NCBI GenBank assembly: GCA_963764165.1
Contig: CAVXRD010000002.1
Location: 960,001 to 1,024,000 of the forward strand
Direction of reading: 5' to 3'
Source of the DNA: an uncultured Verrucomicrobiae bacterium
GTDB lineage: Bacteria; Verrucomicrobiota; Verrucomicrobiia; Limisphaerales; Palsa-1400
Length of the DNA: 64,000 bases
Part shown: piece after piece, positions 30,376-40,163 of the stretch
Layout: each line of letters begins with the position of its first letter
How positions within the stretch are numbered: the stretch's first letter is position 1
Made by a program: the position numbers and the translations under genes
Notes under the pieces: model-generated
What the model was told of the DNA's origin: nothing
What the model saw: only the letters and a program-made list of their open reading frames with translations
Database searches by the model: none

Positions 30376-31839
30376 TCAGCCTGAGTGCGCCATCGCGTGG
30401 TGCTGGCTGACGGCTCCTCCGTCGTCATCCTTCAATTGGCGGAAGATCAACGACGAGAACACCGTCAAAATGCCCAGCGCGAGGAATGCCTCATGCACAC
30501 CGTGAATCATTTCGTGTGGCGGCGTGTTTTGCAACCGATTCGGAATGAACAGCGCCGTGGCCAGCGAAGCCGTTGCCACGCCAAAGCTGATGGACATTTG
30601 CTGCATGGTGCTGGCAATCGTGCTGGCGCTGCTGGCCAAATCTTCGCCGATGTCCGCATACACCAGCGTGTTCATGCTGGTGTATTGCAGCGAGGTGAAA
30701 AATCCGTAGGCGAAGGCTTGGATTACGATGAGCCAGACGGGCGTCTTCGCGCCGATGGTTGCAAAGAGCACAATCAGCAAACTAATGATGATTGTATTTG
30801 ACAGCAGGACGGCGCGATAGCCGAAATAGCGCAAAATTCGCGGCATGAACATTTTCAAACTCATCGCCGCCAGCGCTTGCGGCATCAACAGCAAGCCGGA
30901 TTGAATTGGCGTGTAGCCGAGCCCCACTTGGTAGAGAAGTGGAAATAGAAATGGAATGCCGCCAATCCCGAGCCGCGTGAAAAAACTTCCCGCGACCGAA
31001 GCGCGAAACGTCCGAATCCGAAACAGCGCCAGCTTGAGCAGCGGAAATGGAATCCGCGTGGCGCGAAATCCATAGGCCGCCAGGCAGCACGCCGAAATCG
31101 AGAGCAGCCCGGCAATCGCCAAAGGGCCAAGCGTGTGCTCCCCGAAAACTTCGAGGACGTAAGACAAAATGGCCACGCCGCACCCAAACGTCACCAAACC
31201 CGGAATGTCGAGCGGATGTGTGACCGGTTCGCTGTAATCCGGCAAGTGTTTGTAAACGAGATAAAGCCCGAGAATGCCAATGGGCATGTTTACAAAAAAG
31301 ATCACCCGCCAATGGAAATAGCCCACGATAAAGCCGCCCGCCAGCGGCCCGAGCATGGGGCCAATCAGCGCCGGGACGGAAACAAAACTCATCGCCTGCA
31401 CGAGTTCTGATTTTGGAAATGCGCGGACCATCGTCAATCGCCCCACTGGCACCATCATCGCCCCGCCGCACCCCTGCAAAATCCGGCAGGCGACCAGCAC
31501 ATGAATATTGCTGGAAATGCCGCACAAAAAGGAGCCGAGCGTAAAAAGCCCAATGGCCGAGGCAAACACGCGCCGGGTGCCAAAGCGGTCCGCCATCCAG
31601 CCGCTGATGGGGATAAAAACGGCGAGGCTCAGCGTATAGCTCGAAAGCACCGCCTTCATGCTCAACGGCGCCACGTCAAGGGCGCGCGCTATGGCGGGAA
31701 CGGCGGTGTTGAGAATCGTCGTGTCGAGCGATTCCATGAAGAAGGCCACCGCAACAAGCCACGGCAGCACCCTTTTCACCGACTCGCTCGTGGTGGGTGG
31801 CGCAGTCGGCGCGCTGGCCTTGGCCGGAATCATTTCCAT
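30376..31839 (-). CDS. DHA2-family (EmrB/QacA, MdtD-like) MFS efflux transporter
   Basis: FMESLDTTILNTAVP, GWMADRFGTRR, GPMLGPLAGG, WRVIFFVNMPIG; about 14 TM helices. Confidence 0.92.
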   Translation of the reverse strand: MEMIPAKASAPTAPPTTSESVKRVLPWLVAVAFFMESLDTTILNTAVPAIARALDVAPLSMKAVLSSYTLSLAVFIPISGWMADRFGTRRVFASAIGLFTLGSFLCGISSNIHVLVACRILQGCGGAMMVPVGRLTMVRAFPKSELVQAMSFVSVPALIGPMLGPLAGGFIVGYFHWRVIFFVNMPIGILGLYLVYKHLPDYSEPVTHPLDIPGLVTFGCGVAILSYVLEVFGEHTLGPLAIAGLLSISACCLAAYGFRATRIPFPLLKLALFRIRTFRASVAGSFFTRLGIGGIPFLFPLLYQVGLGYTPIQSGLLLMPQALAAMSLKMFMPRILRYFGYRAVLLSNTIIISLLIVLFATIGAKTPVWLIVIQAFAYGFFTSLQYTSMNTLVYADIGEDLASSASTIASTMQQMSISFGVATASLATALFIPNRLQNTPPHEMIHGVHEAFLALGILTVFSSLIFRQLKDDDGGAVSQHHAMAHSG

Positions 31840-31855
31840 CCCAGCAACACGTATC

Positions 31856-32410
31856 TCATTTTTCTTTGTTCAGCAACAGATCGAACACCTTGTCGTAAAG
31901 GTTTTCCAGTTGCTCGCTGATGCGCGACAGCTCGCGGACGCGATCGGGTTGGGTATCGTTTTGGCTCGCGACCTTGGCCAGGTTCCAACCGTACGTCAGC
32001 GCCTCGGCCTGGGCCATCAGGACCCCCAATTCCTGCTCCGGACCAGCCAGATGAAGCGTTTGATTTTTCTTCATGGCGGATATGGAATCACGCGTGGCAA
32101 TTTCACCCGGCGGCAGCGCAGTATTGTCAATACGAATATACGGATCCTCCTTCGCGTAATCCTCCAGCAACTTCTCGCCATTCTTGGAGACCACCGAAAT
32201 TTTCTTCAGCAGCTCGCGCACTTCCGGCCGTTCCTTTTTTATGAAGTGTATCAGGTTCACTTCCTTTTCCTCGTGCAGCAGTTGGTGCAGCAGGCTGAAG
32301 GCATTGTTGCGCGTCTCGACGGAAATGGGCGGCGGCTTTGCTTTCGGTGTTTGACAGCTCATGGCCATCGCGCCGAACACAAGCCCGAATAAAATTTTTC
32401 TGAGGTGCAT
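31856..32410 (-). CDS. Hypothetical helical lipoprotein
   Basis: Lipobox-like AMSC after hydrophobic stretch; typical codon pattern; 16 bp upstream of the MFS gene. Confidence 0.65.
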   Translation of the reverse strand: MHLRKILFGLVFGAMAMSCQTPKAKPPPISVETRNNAFSLLHQLLHEEKEVNLIHFIKKERPEVRELLKKISVVSKNGEKLLEDYAKEDPYIRIDNTALPPGEIATRDSISAMKKNQTLHLAGPEQELGVLMAQAEALTYGWNLAKVASQNDTQPDRVRELSRISEQLENLYDKVFDLLLNKEK

Positions 32411-32888
32411 TTTGGCAAGCCGGACTGGTCCTTCACGTAAAATCCCGGCTGTCAAAAAATAGGCGCAAGCAGACTCTTTGACCAATGGGGTGTTTCCATT
32501 ACGGCAAGCGAAGCGAGGTATGAAAACCCCGCCGAGGCGTTGCTGCCTTCCAAGACTCGCCAGGCGCAAATCAGATTTTGTAAACTCATTTGCTCCCCCC
32601 ATTCCGATGGCTGCGATTTGGCCTGCTTGGATTTGATTCGCAGCCGCAACCAATGCACATGCCATAATGGCGCAGTTGTTGCGTGTTCAAGAAAAAAGAA
32701 AAATTCTTCCCGGAAGGCGACTTGACTCAAATTAAGAGACTCCGGGGAGATAAACTGGGAAGGGGCCAATTCAACCTTTAAACCGGCCGGACGGGGCTGC
32801 CACGCCGTGGCGACGGGTCAGCGAGCGGAGTCGACTCTGCCAAAAGATGATCTGCGCCCGACTCGCCATTTCGCATAAACCCGCTAAA

Positions 32889-33704
32889 ATGCCCCGCATG
32901 CCGTGCGTGCAATGCCTGCTTTTTCCAGACCCGCGCCCGCTGGTGGAGCGGTTGGGAGTGGAGTTCTTCCGCCGTTTGCCGGAAGCGCCTGGGGTCTATC
33001 TCATGCGCGATTCGGGCGGAAATATACTTTACGTCGGCAAGGCAAAAAATCTTCGCAAGCGCCTATGCAGCTATCGCGTGGCCAACCCGGATCGCATGCC
33101 GCGACGGCATTTGCGCATGCTGCGCGCCGTCCATCGCATTGATTTGGAGGAGTGCGCGGATGAGGATGCGGCGCTCTCGCGTGAATCACAATTGCTGCGC
33201 GAAATGAAACCGAAATTCAACCGCGCGGGAACGTGGCCGTCGCAAAAAACGCGCTTTCTCTGCTGTCAATATAATAGCTCTCATATCGAACTTTCTGTCA
33301 AAGAAACGGTGTCTGAGGAAAAACTGCAATTGGGCCCCCTCGGCGGGGGAGCTGTCTTCGTGCGGATGGCGCTGGCGCGGCTGCTATGGTTCGCGAGCCA
33401 CGCGGACCGCGGCATCGGCGCGATGCCTTCCGGCTGGGTGCATGGGCGCATGGATAATCCCGCGCGCGTCCATCGCGGGACATTCGATGAATCGGCGGAA
33501 AAAATTCTGAAAGAACTTTTCGCAGGGGAAGTCGAGGCTTTTTGCGATTGGGTGCGCGCGCGAACCACTGCCCTCACCCACCCTGTCGAGAAAACCGTGA
33601 TCGACACGGATTTGGAATATCTGGACGACTATTTTGGATCGCTGATTGTCGACGCCACCGGGAAGTTCGTTTTCGATTGGCCCACGGGCCAGAAGGCGGA
33701 GTAA
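32889..33704 (+). CDS. GIY-YIG nuclease with UvrC/Cho-like N-terminal domain
   Basis: LPEAPGVYLMRD..ILYVGKAKNLRKRLCSY, ALSRESQLLREMKPKFN. Confidence 0.85.
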   Translation: MPRMPCVQCLLFPDPRPLVERLGVEFFRRLPEAPGVYLMRDSGGNILYVGKAKNLRKRLCSYRVANPDRMPRRHLRMLRAVHRIDLEECADEDAALSRESQLLREMKPKFNRAGTWPSQKTRFLCCQYNSSHIELSVKETVSEEKLQLGPLGGGAVFVRMALARLLWFASHADRGIGAMPSGWVHGRMDNPARVHRGTFDESAEKILKELFAGEVEAFCDWVRARTTALTHPVEKTVIDTDLEYLDDYFGSLIVDATGKFVFDWPTGQKAE

Positions 33705-33895
33705 TTTAATCAGGAACGACCGAACTCAGGGACAGAGCCTGAATGCGGTATCCCGCTAATCTTAAGGCTCGTAGCCCTTCGATAAAACTCGCTTCTGAAA
33801 TCTGTCCCATAGTTCACATCACTCCCATGATTGGGGAAACTTGGGTGAATTTCTTTGAGAGCCTCTTTTCCTGAGTTCGGTCGTTCCTGATTAAA
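33705..33895. repeat. 191-bp element with perfect 26-bp terminal inverted repeats (REPIN/MITE-like)
   Basis: TTTAATCAGGAACGACCGAACTCAGG (33705-33730) is the exact reverse complement of 33870-33895. Confidence 0.85.
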
Positions 33896-33909
33896 ATCAT
33901 CCGTCTTCC

Positions 33910-35370
33910 CTACAACAACTTGATCTGCATCACTTCATTCTCGATGCCTTCGGTCAGGCCTTCGGCGCGGGAGCGGCGGCGTTCGATGATGTGCTTGTCC
34001 ACCTGCTCGTCGTAGGCGACGGGATATTTGCCGTTGTAACAGGCCATGCAAAATGAATTTGACGGAAGCCCGGTCGCCTTCACCATTCCCTCCTCCGACA
34101 AGTAGGCGAGCGAATCGGCGTTCAAGTAGCGGCGGATTTCATCGATGGTGTTATTCGCCGCCATCAGTTTCGAGCGGTCGGGAAAATCAATGCCGTAATA
34201 GCAGGGATTTCGGTGCGGCGGGCAGCTCACCAAAACATGAACCTCCTTTGCGCCGGCTTCCTTCAAACTGCTCACGCGCGCTTTGCAGGTGGTGCCGCGG
34301 ACAATTGAGTCATCCACGATGATGACGCGTTTGCCGCGCACCAGTTCCGTGATCAAATTCAGTTTCACCCGCACGTTGAAGTCGCGAATGAGCTGCGATG
34401 GCTGCAGGAAGCTGCGGCCGACGTAGTGATTCCTCACGAACGCCATTTCAAACGGGATGCCGGATTCGAGCGAATAACCAAGGGCGGCGCAGTTGCCGCT
34501 GTCCGGCACGGGGACGACGAGGTCGGCCTCAATCGGAACTTCGCGGGCCAATTGACGCCCCATTTCCACCCGCACTTTGTAGACGTTGCGCCCGGAAATG
34601 TTGCTGTCCGGCCGCGCGAAATAAACATATTCAAAAATGCAAAAGGCGCGCTCCGCCTGGGCCGGGAAAGCCTGGAGAAAACGCGGGCCGTTTTTGTCAA
34701 TAATAACGATTTCGCCCGGCGCTATTTCGCGCTCCAATTTGGCGGAGATCAAATCCAGCGCGCACGTTTCGCTGGCCAGCACCCAGCCGCCGTCAATCTT
34801 GCCGAGACACAGCGGGCGAAAACCAAACGGGTCGCGCACGCCAATCAATTCCTGCTCGGTGAGAATCACCAGCGAATACGCGCCTTCCAATCGGCGCACA
34901 GCTTGCAGCAGATTGCTCTCGTTGCCATCGGGTGACGGCTGGCAGAGCAGATGCAGGACGATTTCGCTGTCGACGGTCGTGTTAAATATCGCGCCGCGCT
35001 CCTGCAGTTCGTCGCGCAATTGGGCCGCGTTGGTCAAATTTCCATTGTGCGCAATGGCAATTTGGCCGCGCTTGCCGTCGCCCGTCAGCGGCTGGGCGTT
35101 GCGGAGATGCGACGAGCCGGTGGTGGAATAGCGCGTATGGCCGACCGCTGAAGTTCCCGGCAACGTTTTCAGAACATCACCCTTGAAAATCTGCGACACC
35201 AGACCCATCCGTTTGTGCTCATGGAACCGGCGGCCTTCGCAGGCGACAATTCCCGCGCTCTCCTGGCCGCGATGCTGCAGGGCGTAGAGGCCATAGTAGG
35301 TCAGTTCCGCCGCGTTGGGATGGCCGTAGACACCGAAGACGCCGCAATAATGTTTAGGATAATTTTGCAT
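33910..35370 (-). CDS. purF: Amidophosphoribosyltransferase
   Basis: Propeptide then CGVFG, LQHRGQESAG, GHTRYSTTG, AHNGNL, VDDSIVRGTT, Fe-S cysteines FCMAC. Confidence 0.97.
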   Translation of the reverse strand: MQNYPKHYCGVFGVYGHPNAAELTYYGLYALQHRGQESAGIVACEGRRFHEHKRMGLVSQIFKGDVLKTLPGTSAVGHTRYSTTGSSHLRNAQPLTGDGKRGQIAIAHNGNLTNAAQLRDELQERGAIFNTTVDSEIVLHLLCQPSPDGNESNLLQAVRRLEGAYSLVILTEQELIGVRDPFGFRPLCLGKIDGGWVLASETCALDLISAKLEREIAPGEIVIIDKNGPRFLQAFPAQAERAFCIFEYVYFARPDSNISGRNVYKVRVEMGRQLAREVPIEADLVVPVPDSGNCAALGYSLESGIPFEMAFVRNHYVGRSFLQPSQLIRDFNVRVKLNLITELVRGKRVIIVDDSIVRGTTCKARVSSLKEAGAKEVHVLVSCPPHRNPCYYGIDFPDRSKLMAANNTIDEIRRYLNADSLAYLSEEGMVKATGLPSNSFCMACYNGKYPVAYDEQVDKHIIERRRSRAEGLTEGIENEVMQIKLL

Positions 35371-35501
35371 TCGCAGAGCGCTTTGCAACGCCAATGAAAC
35401 AAACCCGAATCCTCCCGCGCAAGCTCATTCGATGGCGCAGTTTGCGTTGCGCCCCAACATAGGTCTTGCAGCGATTCCCGCAACCTGCTACGCATTCGGG
35501 C

Positions 35502-35918
35502 GTGGCGCAACTTGAGATCCTGCACGTCGAAGACGACCCCGACGACGCGTTCTTTTTCCGGCGGGCGCTGCGCCTTGCTCACCCGGATTTTAATCTGCAC
35601 CTCGAAAAAAATGGCGAGGGCGCCATCAAGTATTTGGGCGAAGTGGAAAGCCGCCAGACGGACGATTCGCCTCCAGTTCCGGACTTGATGCTGCTGGATC
35701 TCAAACTTCCCGGGCTCTCGGGTTTTGATGTCTTGTCCTGGACGCGAAGCCGCGAGACGTTCAAGGCCCTGCCCATCGTCATCCTGAGCGGCTCCTCACT
35801 CGCCAATGACCGGAAAAAAGCGGACGAACTCGGTGCTTCCGATTTTATTGTCAAGAATAGCAACTATGATCAGATCGCAGGGCATATCCTCCAATTTTTA
35901 GCGAACAGCAGGCAGTAA
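35502..35918 (+). CDS. Single-domain response regulator (Rcp1/CheY-like)
   Basis: ILHVEDDPDD, PDLMLLDLKLPGLSG, ILSGS, DFIVK. Confidence 0.9.
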   Translation: MAQLEILHVEDDPDDAFFFRRALRLAHPDFNLHLEKNGEGAIKYLGEVESRQTDDSPPVPDLMLLDLKLPGLSGFDVLSWTRSRETFKALPIVILSGSSLANDRKKADELGASDFIVKNSNYDQIAGHILQFLANSRQ

Positions 35919-35927
35919 TTCCAACCC

Positions 35928-38039
35928 ATGAACAAACGGAACGCGTCCGTGATCCTTGTTTGTCCTAAATTGAACCGAACTCTCCAGGGCTTCGCATTTG
36001 CGATGGCGCTCTGCGGGCTTTTGTCGGGCCGCCTTGATGCGGCAGACGCGCCGCAGCCAACGAATCCCCCGCCAGCCGGAGAGGCAGACCGCCTCTCGGC
36101 CTTCAAGAGGATGAGCCTCGAGGAATTGCTGGACCAGCCGGTGACCTCCGTCTTAAAGACACCCGTCCCTTACGGACAGGCTCCATCCGCCATTCAAGTG
36201 ATTACTTCCGAGGACATTCAGCGCTCGGGCGCGATGACGATTCCCGAAGCGCTGCGCCTGGCGGACAACTTGGAAGTGGCCCAGATCAACGCGCACGATT
36301 GGGCCATCAGCGCGCGGGGATTTAACGCGGACCTTGCCGACAAGTTGCTGGTGTTGATTGATGGCCGCGCCGTCTATACGCCTCTTTACGGCGGTGTTGA
36401 ATGGAATGTGCAGGATTACGTGATGCAAGACATTGACCGCATCGAGGTCATCAGCGGCCCCGGCGGCACGCAATGGGGCGCAAACGCCGTCAACGGCGTT
36501 ATCAATATCACCACCAAGAGCGCCAAAGACACCCAGGGACTTTACCTTGAGGCGGGCGGAGGAAATGAATGGGACGATTTTACCAGCGTCCGTTATGGAG
36601 GCATGCTGGCCTCGAATGTTTATTTTCGCATCTATGGCAAATATTTCGATCACGACAGCGAAGAACTGTTGGATTACAAAAGCGCGGCGGATGACTGGGC
36701 CATGGGTCGCGGCGGTTTCCGCATAGACGCGCAAGGAACAGCCCAGGACTCCCTCACGGTGCAAGGCGATTTTTACAGTGGCTCGGAGGACCAGAATCCT
36801 GCCGCTCTGGAAGGGCTGGCCGGCGGAAATCTGCTGGCCCGCTGGGTGCACACATTTTCAGAGGATTCGGATATTAATTTGCAGGTCTACTACGACCGCA
36901 CACACCTGGCCCAACCGTTCAACGCCATCGCCCCTGACCCGGGCGTTTCGAGCGGATTTCCAGCCAGCGCGCTGGTGGATGATCTCAACACGTATGATAT
37001 TAATCTTCAGCATCGATTCCCTATCGGCGAATACAACAAAATCCTCTGGGGAACGGGCTACCGCTTCACCCATGAAGTCGACACCGACGCTTCGTTGATT
37101 CAATTTCTCCCTCCTGAGCTGGATCAAAACCTGTTCAACGCCTTTGTTCAGGACGAAATCACTCTCTACAAAAGCGTGACCCTGACCCTCGGCACCAAAT
37201 TGGAGCACAACGATTACACCGGCTTCGAGGTCGAGCCCAGCGGGCGGCTGCAATGGAAAATCACCGACAAGCAAATGGTGTGGGGAGCGATTTCGCGAGC
37301 GGTCCAAACACCCTCGCGTTATGATGAAGATTTGTATCTGCCGACGCACCTAACCATCGTCTTTCCGCCTTACCAATTTCCCAAGGCGTATTTGCAGGGC
37401 AATCCGGATTTTGATTCTGAAACGGTGATTGCGTATGAACTTGGCTATCGCGCGCAACTTGCCTCAAAGCTCTCCAGTTCCATCTCCGCATTTTACAACG
37501 ACTACGGCGATCTCCGCAGTGTCAGCGCGACGCCCACCAGCGAATACTATACGCTCGCCCTGCCAGATTATTTTGCCAACAATTTGGAAGGCGACACCTA
37601 CGGCTTCGAATGGACCGGCACTTATGAAATTCTCCCGAACTGGCGCCTGCATGCGGGCTACGATTTGCTCAAGGAGGATATTCACCCCAAGCCCGGAACG
37701 GTTGACATAACGGACGGCTATTACGGAAGGTCCGATCCACAGCAGCAATTCTCGATTCGCACTTCGATTGATCCCATTCCAGCCATAAGCCTCGACGCCG
37801 CCCTTCGCTGGGTCGACGAGCTGCACACGGTCGATTCGCCGACCACCGGGCCGGCTCTCGGAACAGTGCCAAGCTATTTCGAGCTCGATTCCCGGATTGC
37901 CTGGCGAGCGACAAAACACTGGGAATTTGCGATTGTCGGCCAGAATCTTTTGCACAGCCAGCACGTCGAATTTGGCTACCCCACCAGCCAGGAAGAAATT
38001 GTGCGAAGCGTTTTTGCCAAGGCCATTTTCCGCTGGTGA
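35928..38039 (+). CDS. TonB-dependent outer-membrane receptor
   Basis: Signal peptide; MSLEELL, plug VITSEDIQRSGA..LVLIDGR..IDRIEVISGPGG..GANAVNGVINITTK; C-terminal aromatic W. Confidence 0.93.
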   Translation: MNKRNASVILVCPKLNRTLQGFAFAMALCGLLSGRLDAADAPQPTNPPPAGEADRLSAFKRMSLEELLDQPVTSVLKTPVPYGQAPSAIQVITSEDIQRSGAMTIPEALRLADNLEVAQINAHDWAISARGFNADLADKLLVLIDGRAVYTPLYGGVEWNVQDYVMQDIDRIEVISGPGGTQWGANAVNGVINITTKSAKDTQGLYLEAGGGNEWDDFTSVRYGGMLASNVYFRIYGKYFDHDSEELLDYKSAADDWAMGRGGFRIDAQGTAQDSLTVQGDFYSGSEDQNPAALEGLAGGNLLARWVHTFSEDSDINLQVYYDRTHLAQPFNAIAPDPGVSSGFPASALVDDLNTYDINLQHRFPIGEYNKILWGTGYRFTHEVDTDASLIQFLPPELDQNLFNAFVQDEITLYKSVTLTLGTKLEHNDYTGFEVEPSGRLQWKITDKQMVWGAISRAVQTPSRYDEDLYLPTHLTIVFPPYQFPKAYLQGNPDFDSETVIAYELGYRAQLASKLSSSISAFYNDYGDLRSVSATPTSEYYTLALPDYFANNLEGDTYGFEWTGTYEILPNWRLHAGYDLLKEDIHPKPGTVDITDGYYGRSDPQQQFSIRTSIDPIPAISLDAALRWVDELHTVDSPTTGPALGTVPSYFELDSRIAWRATKHWEFAIVGQNLLHSQHVEFGYPTSQEEIVRSVFAKAIFRW

Positions 38040-38043
38040 TTCC

Positions 38044-38703
38044 GTGAGACAATCGATCACATGCCGATTTTTCCACGCAGTGGCGTTTGCCATGATCATT
38101 GCCCTTGGGCCATTCACAGTCACCCAAGCGCGGGCCGACGATGAACCCAACGAATACGAGTTGAAGGCGGTCATGCTTTTCAATTTGGCTCGCTTCGTCG
38201 AATGGCCGCAAAGCGCCTTCGCCACCTCCAACGCGCCCATCGTCATCGGCGTGATCGGCCGCAATCCTTTCGGCGATGCACTCGAAAAGGCGGTCAAAGG
38301 AGAAACCGTCAGCGGTCGGAAGATCACGGTGGAGCATTACGACAGCGTGAAGGAACTCCAGCGGTGCCACATCCTTTTTGTCTGCTCGAGCGAAAGGCCC
38401 CGGGTCAGCGCGATCCTGGCGAAATTGAAAGGCGCCCCGACTTTAAGCGTTTCTGAAATTGACGGATTTTCCAGAATGCGCGGCGGGATGGTTCTTTTTT
38501 ACACCAACAACCAAAAAAGAATTCGATTGCGGTTGAATTTGGAGTCGGCTCGCGCGGAAGGTCTGATCATCAGCTCCAAATTGATTCAGGTTGCGGAACT
38601 CGACAAGACAACCCTGCTCTGGCCGCGCGAGCCAATGTTGGGCGCCTCGAGCCTTTTCGCGGCCGCCTCGATGACCGTTCCAAATCCGGCGGCGCATCCA
38701 TGA
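38044..38703 (+). CDS. YfiR-family periplasmic protein
   Basis: EYELKAVMLFNLARFVEWP, IGVIGRNPFG, CHILFV, ISSKLIQVA. Confidence 0.9.
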   Translation: MRQSITCRFFHAVAFAMIIALGPFTVTQARADDEPNEYELKAVMLFNLARFVEWPQSAFATSNAPIVIGVIGRNPFGDALEKAVKGETVSGRKITVEHYDSVKELQRCHILFVCSSERPRVSAILAKLKGAPTLSVSEIDGFSRMRGGMVLFYTNNQKRIRLRLNLESARAEGLIISSKLIQVAELDKTTLLWPREPMLGASSLFAAASMTVPNPAAHP

Positions 38704-40163
38704 GGCTGCCGTCGCTCAGACGCCGTTTGCGGGGGGCGATGATCGTGACCAGCGCGACTTCGCTGCTGGTTGTCTGCGTCACTCTCCTGGCCTACGAACA
38801 CGCGGCCTTCAAGCGCGTTGAAGCGCAAAGCCTGGCCACCCTCGCGCGAAGCATCGCCATCAATTGCACCGCCATCCTCCTTTACGGCGATCCAAAACGG
38901 GGCGATGAATACCTGGCTTCGCTCAAGACCGAACCGGCCATCGTTGATGGGGCGCTCTACGATAAAAGCGGCCACCTGTTTTCGTTTTATCCAAGCACCG
39001 CCCCGCCAAGCCAATTCCCAAAATCTCCCGGCCCGGACGGTCTCGAATTTTCCGGGCTCAATCTGACGATAGTGCAACCCGCGATGCAGGACGAAGGCCG
39101 CATGGGAACCATTGTCATCCACGAAGACCTTCACGGAATGTATGGGCGCTTTGGCCTCTACGCGGTGGTGGTCGCGCTCGTCATGGCGGCGGCCATCGGG
39201 CTGGCATATCTGATTTCCGACTTTTTCCAGCGGCGCATTTCCCAGCCAATCCTAAACCTCGCGAGCGTCGCCCGGCGAATTTCGGAAAAGAACGATTTTT
39301 CCGTCCGCGTCGAAAACAGTTCGGTGGCCGAAGAGATCGACCTGCTCAACAAAGCCTTCAACGACATGCTCGAGCAGATTCACAGCCGCGACATTTCTTT
39401 GGAGCAAGCCCGCGCCGCCCTGGAGCAGCACGCCAAAGCGCTCGAAACCCGGGTGGCCGAACGCACTCGCTCCCTCGAAGAGACGACCCGCCAGCTATAC
39501 GATTTCTGCTATTCGGTGGCGCATGATCTCAAGGCGCCGATTCGCTCCCAAGCCGGCTACGCGCGGATTCTCATCCAGGATTTTTCACAGCAGCTCGGCC
39601 CCGAGGCGACAGAATACGCCGAACGCATTGCCGCGGCGGCGGACCGGCAGGACCGCCTTGTTTCGGACTTGCTCACGCATGTCAGCCTCGGCCGCAGCGA
39701 AATGCCAATGGAAAGCGTCGACCTGGCCTTGCTCGCGGAGCAAGTGAAGATGGATCTGACCGGCGAAATTCAGCGCTTGCAGGCGACCGTTAATTTGACA
39801 GATGTCAAAGGGGCCGTGGTGGCCAACCGCTCCTCGCTGAATTTGGTGATGATCAATCTTTTCACCAACGCCCTGAAATTCATCCCCCGCGGGCGGACCC
39901 CTCAGGTCAAGGCTTGGACGGAAGTTCGCGATGGCTGCATTCGGTTTTGGGTGCAGGATAACGGCATCGGCATTTCGCCGCAGCACATCGGAAAGCTATT
40001 TGCCGTTTTCCAACGGCTTCACACCCGCGAGGAATACGCCGGAACCGGAATTGGCCTTGCCATCGTCAAGCGCGCCGCCGAACGCATGAACGGCCGCGTT
40101 GGAGTGGAATCGGAAGAGGGAAAAGGCAGCCGGTTTTGGGTTGAGTTTGCCGCGGCGAAGTAA
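38700..40163 (+). CDS. Membrane histidine kinase with CHASE8/YfiN-like periplasmic domain and HAMP
   Basis: Two TM helices, HAMP (ISQPILNL..EEIDLLNKAFNDML), H-box FCYSVAHDLKAP, DNGIGI, GTGIGL. Confidence 0.92.
   Translation: MRLPSLRRRLRGAMIVTSATSLLVVCVTLLAYEHAAFKRVEAQSLATLARSIAINCTAILLYGDPKRGDEYLASLKTEPAIVDGALYDKSGHLFSFYPSTAPPSQFPKSPGPDGLEFSGLNLTIVQPAMQDEGRMGTIVIHEDLHGMYGRFGLYAVVVALVMAAAIGLAYLISDFFQRRISQPILNLASVARRISEKNDFSVRVENSSVAEEIDLLNKAFNDMLEQIHSRDISLEQARAALEQHAKALETRVAERTRSLEETTRQLYDFCYSVAHDLKAPIRSQAGYARILIQDFSQQLGPEATEYAERIAAAADRQDRLVSDLLTHVSLGRSEMPMESVDLALLAEQVKMDLTGEIQRLQATVNLTDVKGAVVANRSSLNLVMINLFTNALKFIPRGRTPQVKAWTEVRDGCIRFWVQDNGIGISPQHIGKLFAVFQRLHTREEYAGTGIGLAIVKRAAERMNGRVGVESEEGKGSRFWVEFAAAK

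Noticed and set aside
32684..32697. Possible verrucomicrobial LexA box (TGTTC-N4-GAACA) upstream of the GIY-YIG nuclease
   Set aside because: Right half reads AAAAA and the site is about 200 bp from the start; too weak
32411..32850. Riboswitch, ncRNA or small ORF in the long intergenic region
   Set aside because: No recognisable consensus; would need an Infernal/Rfam scan
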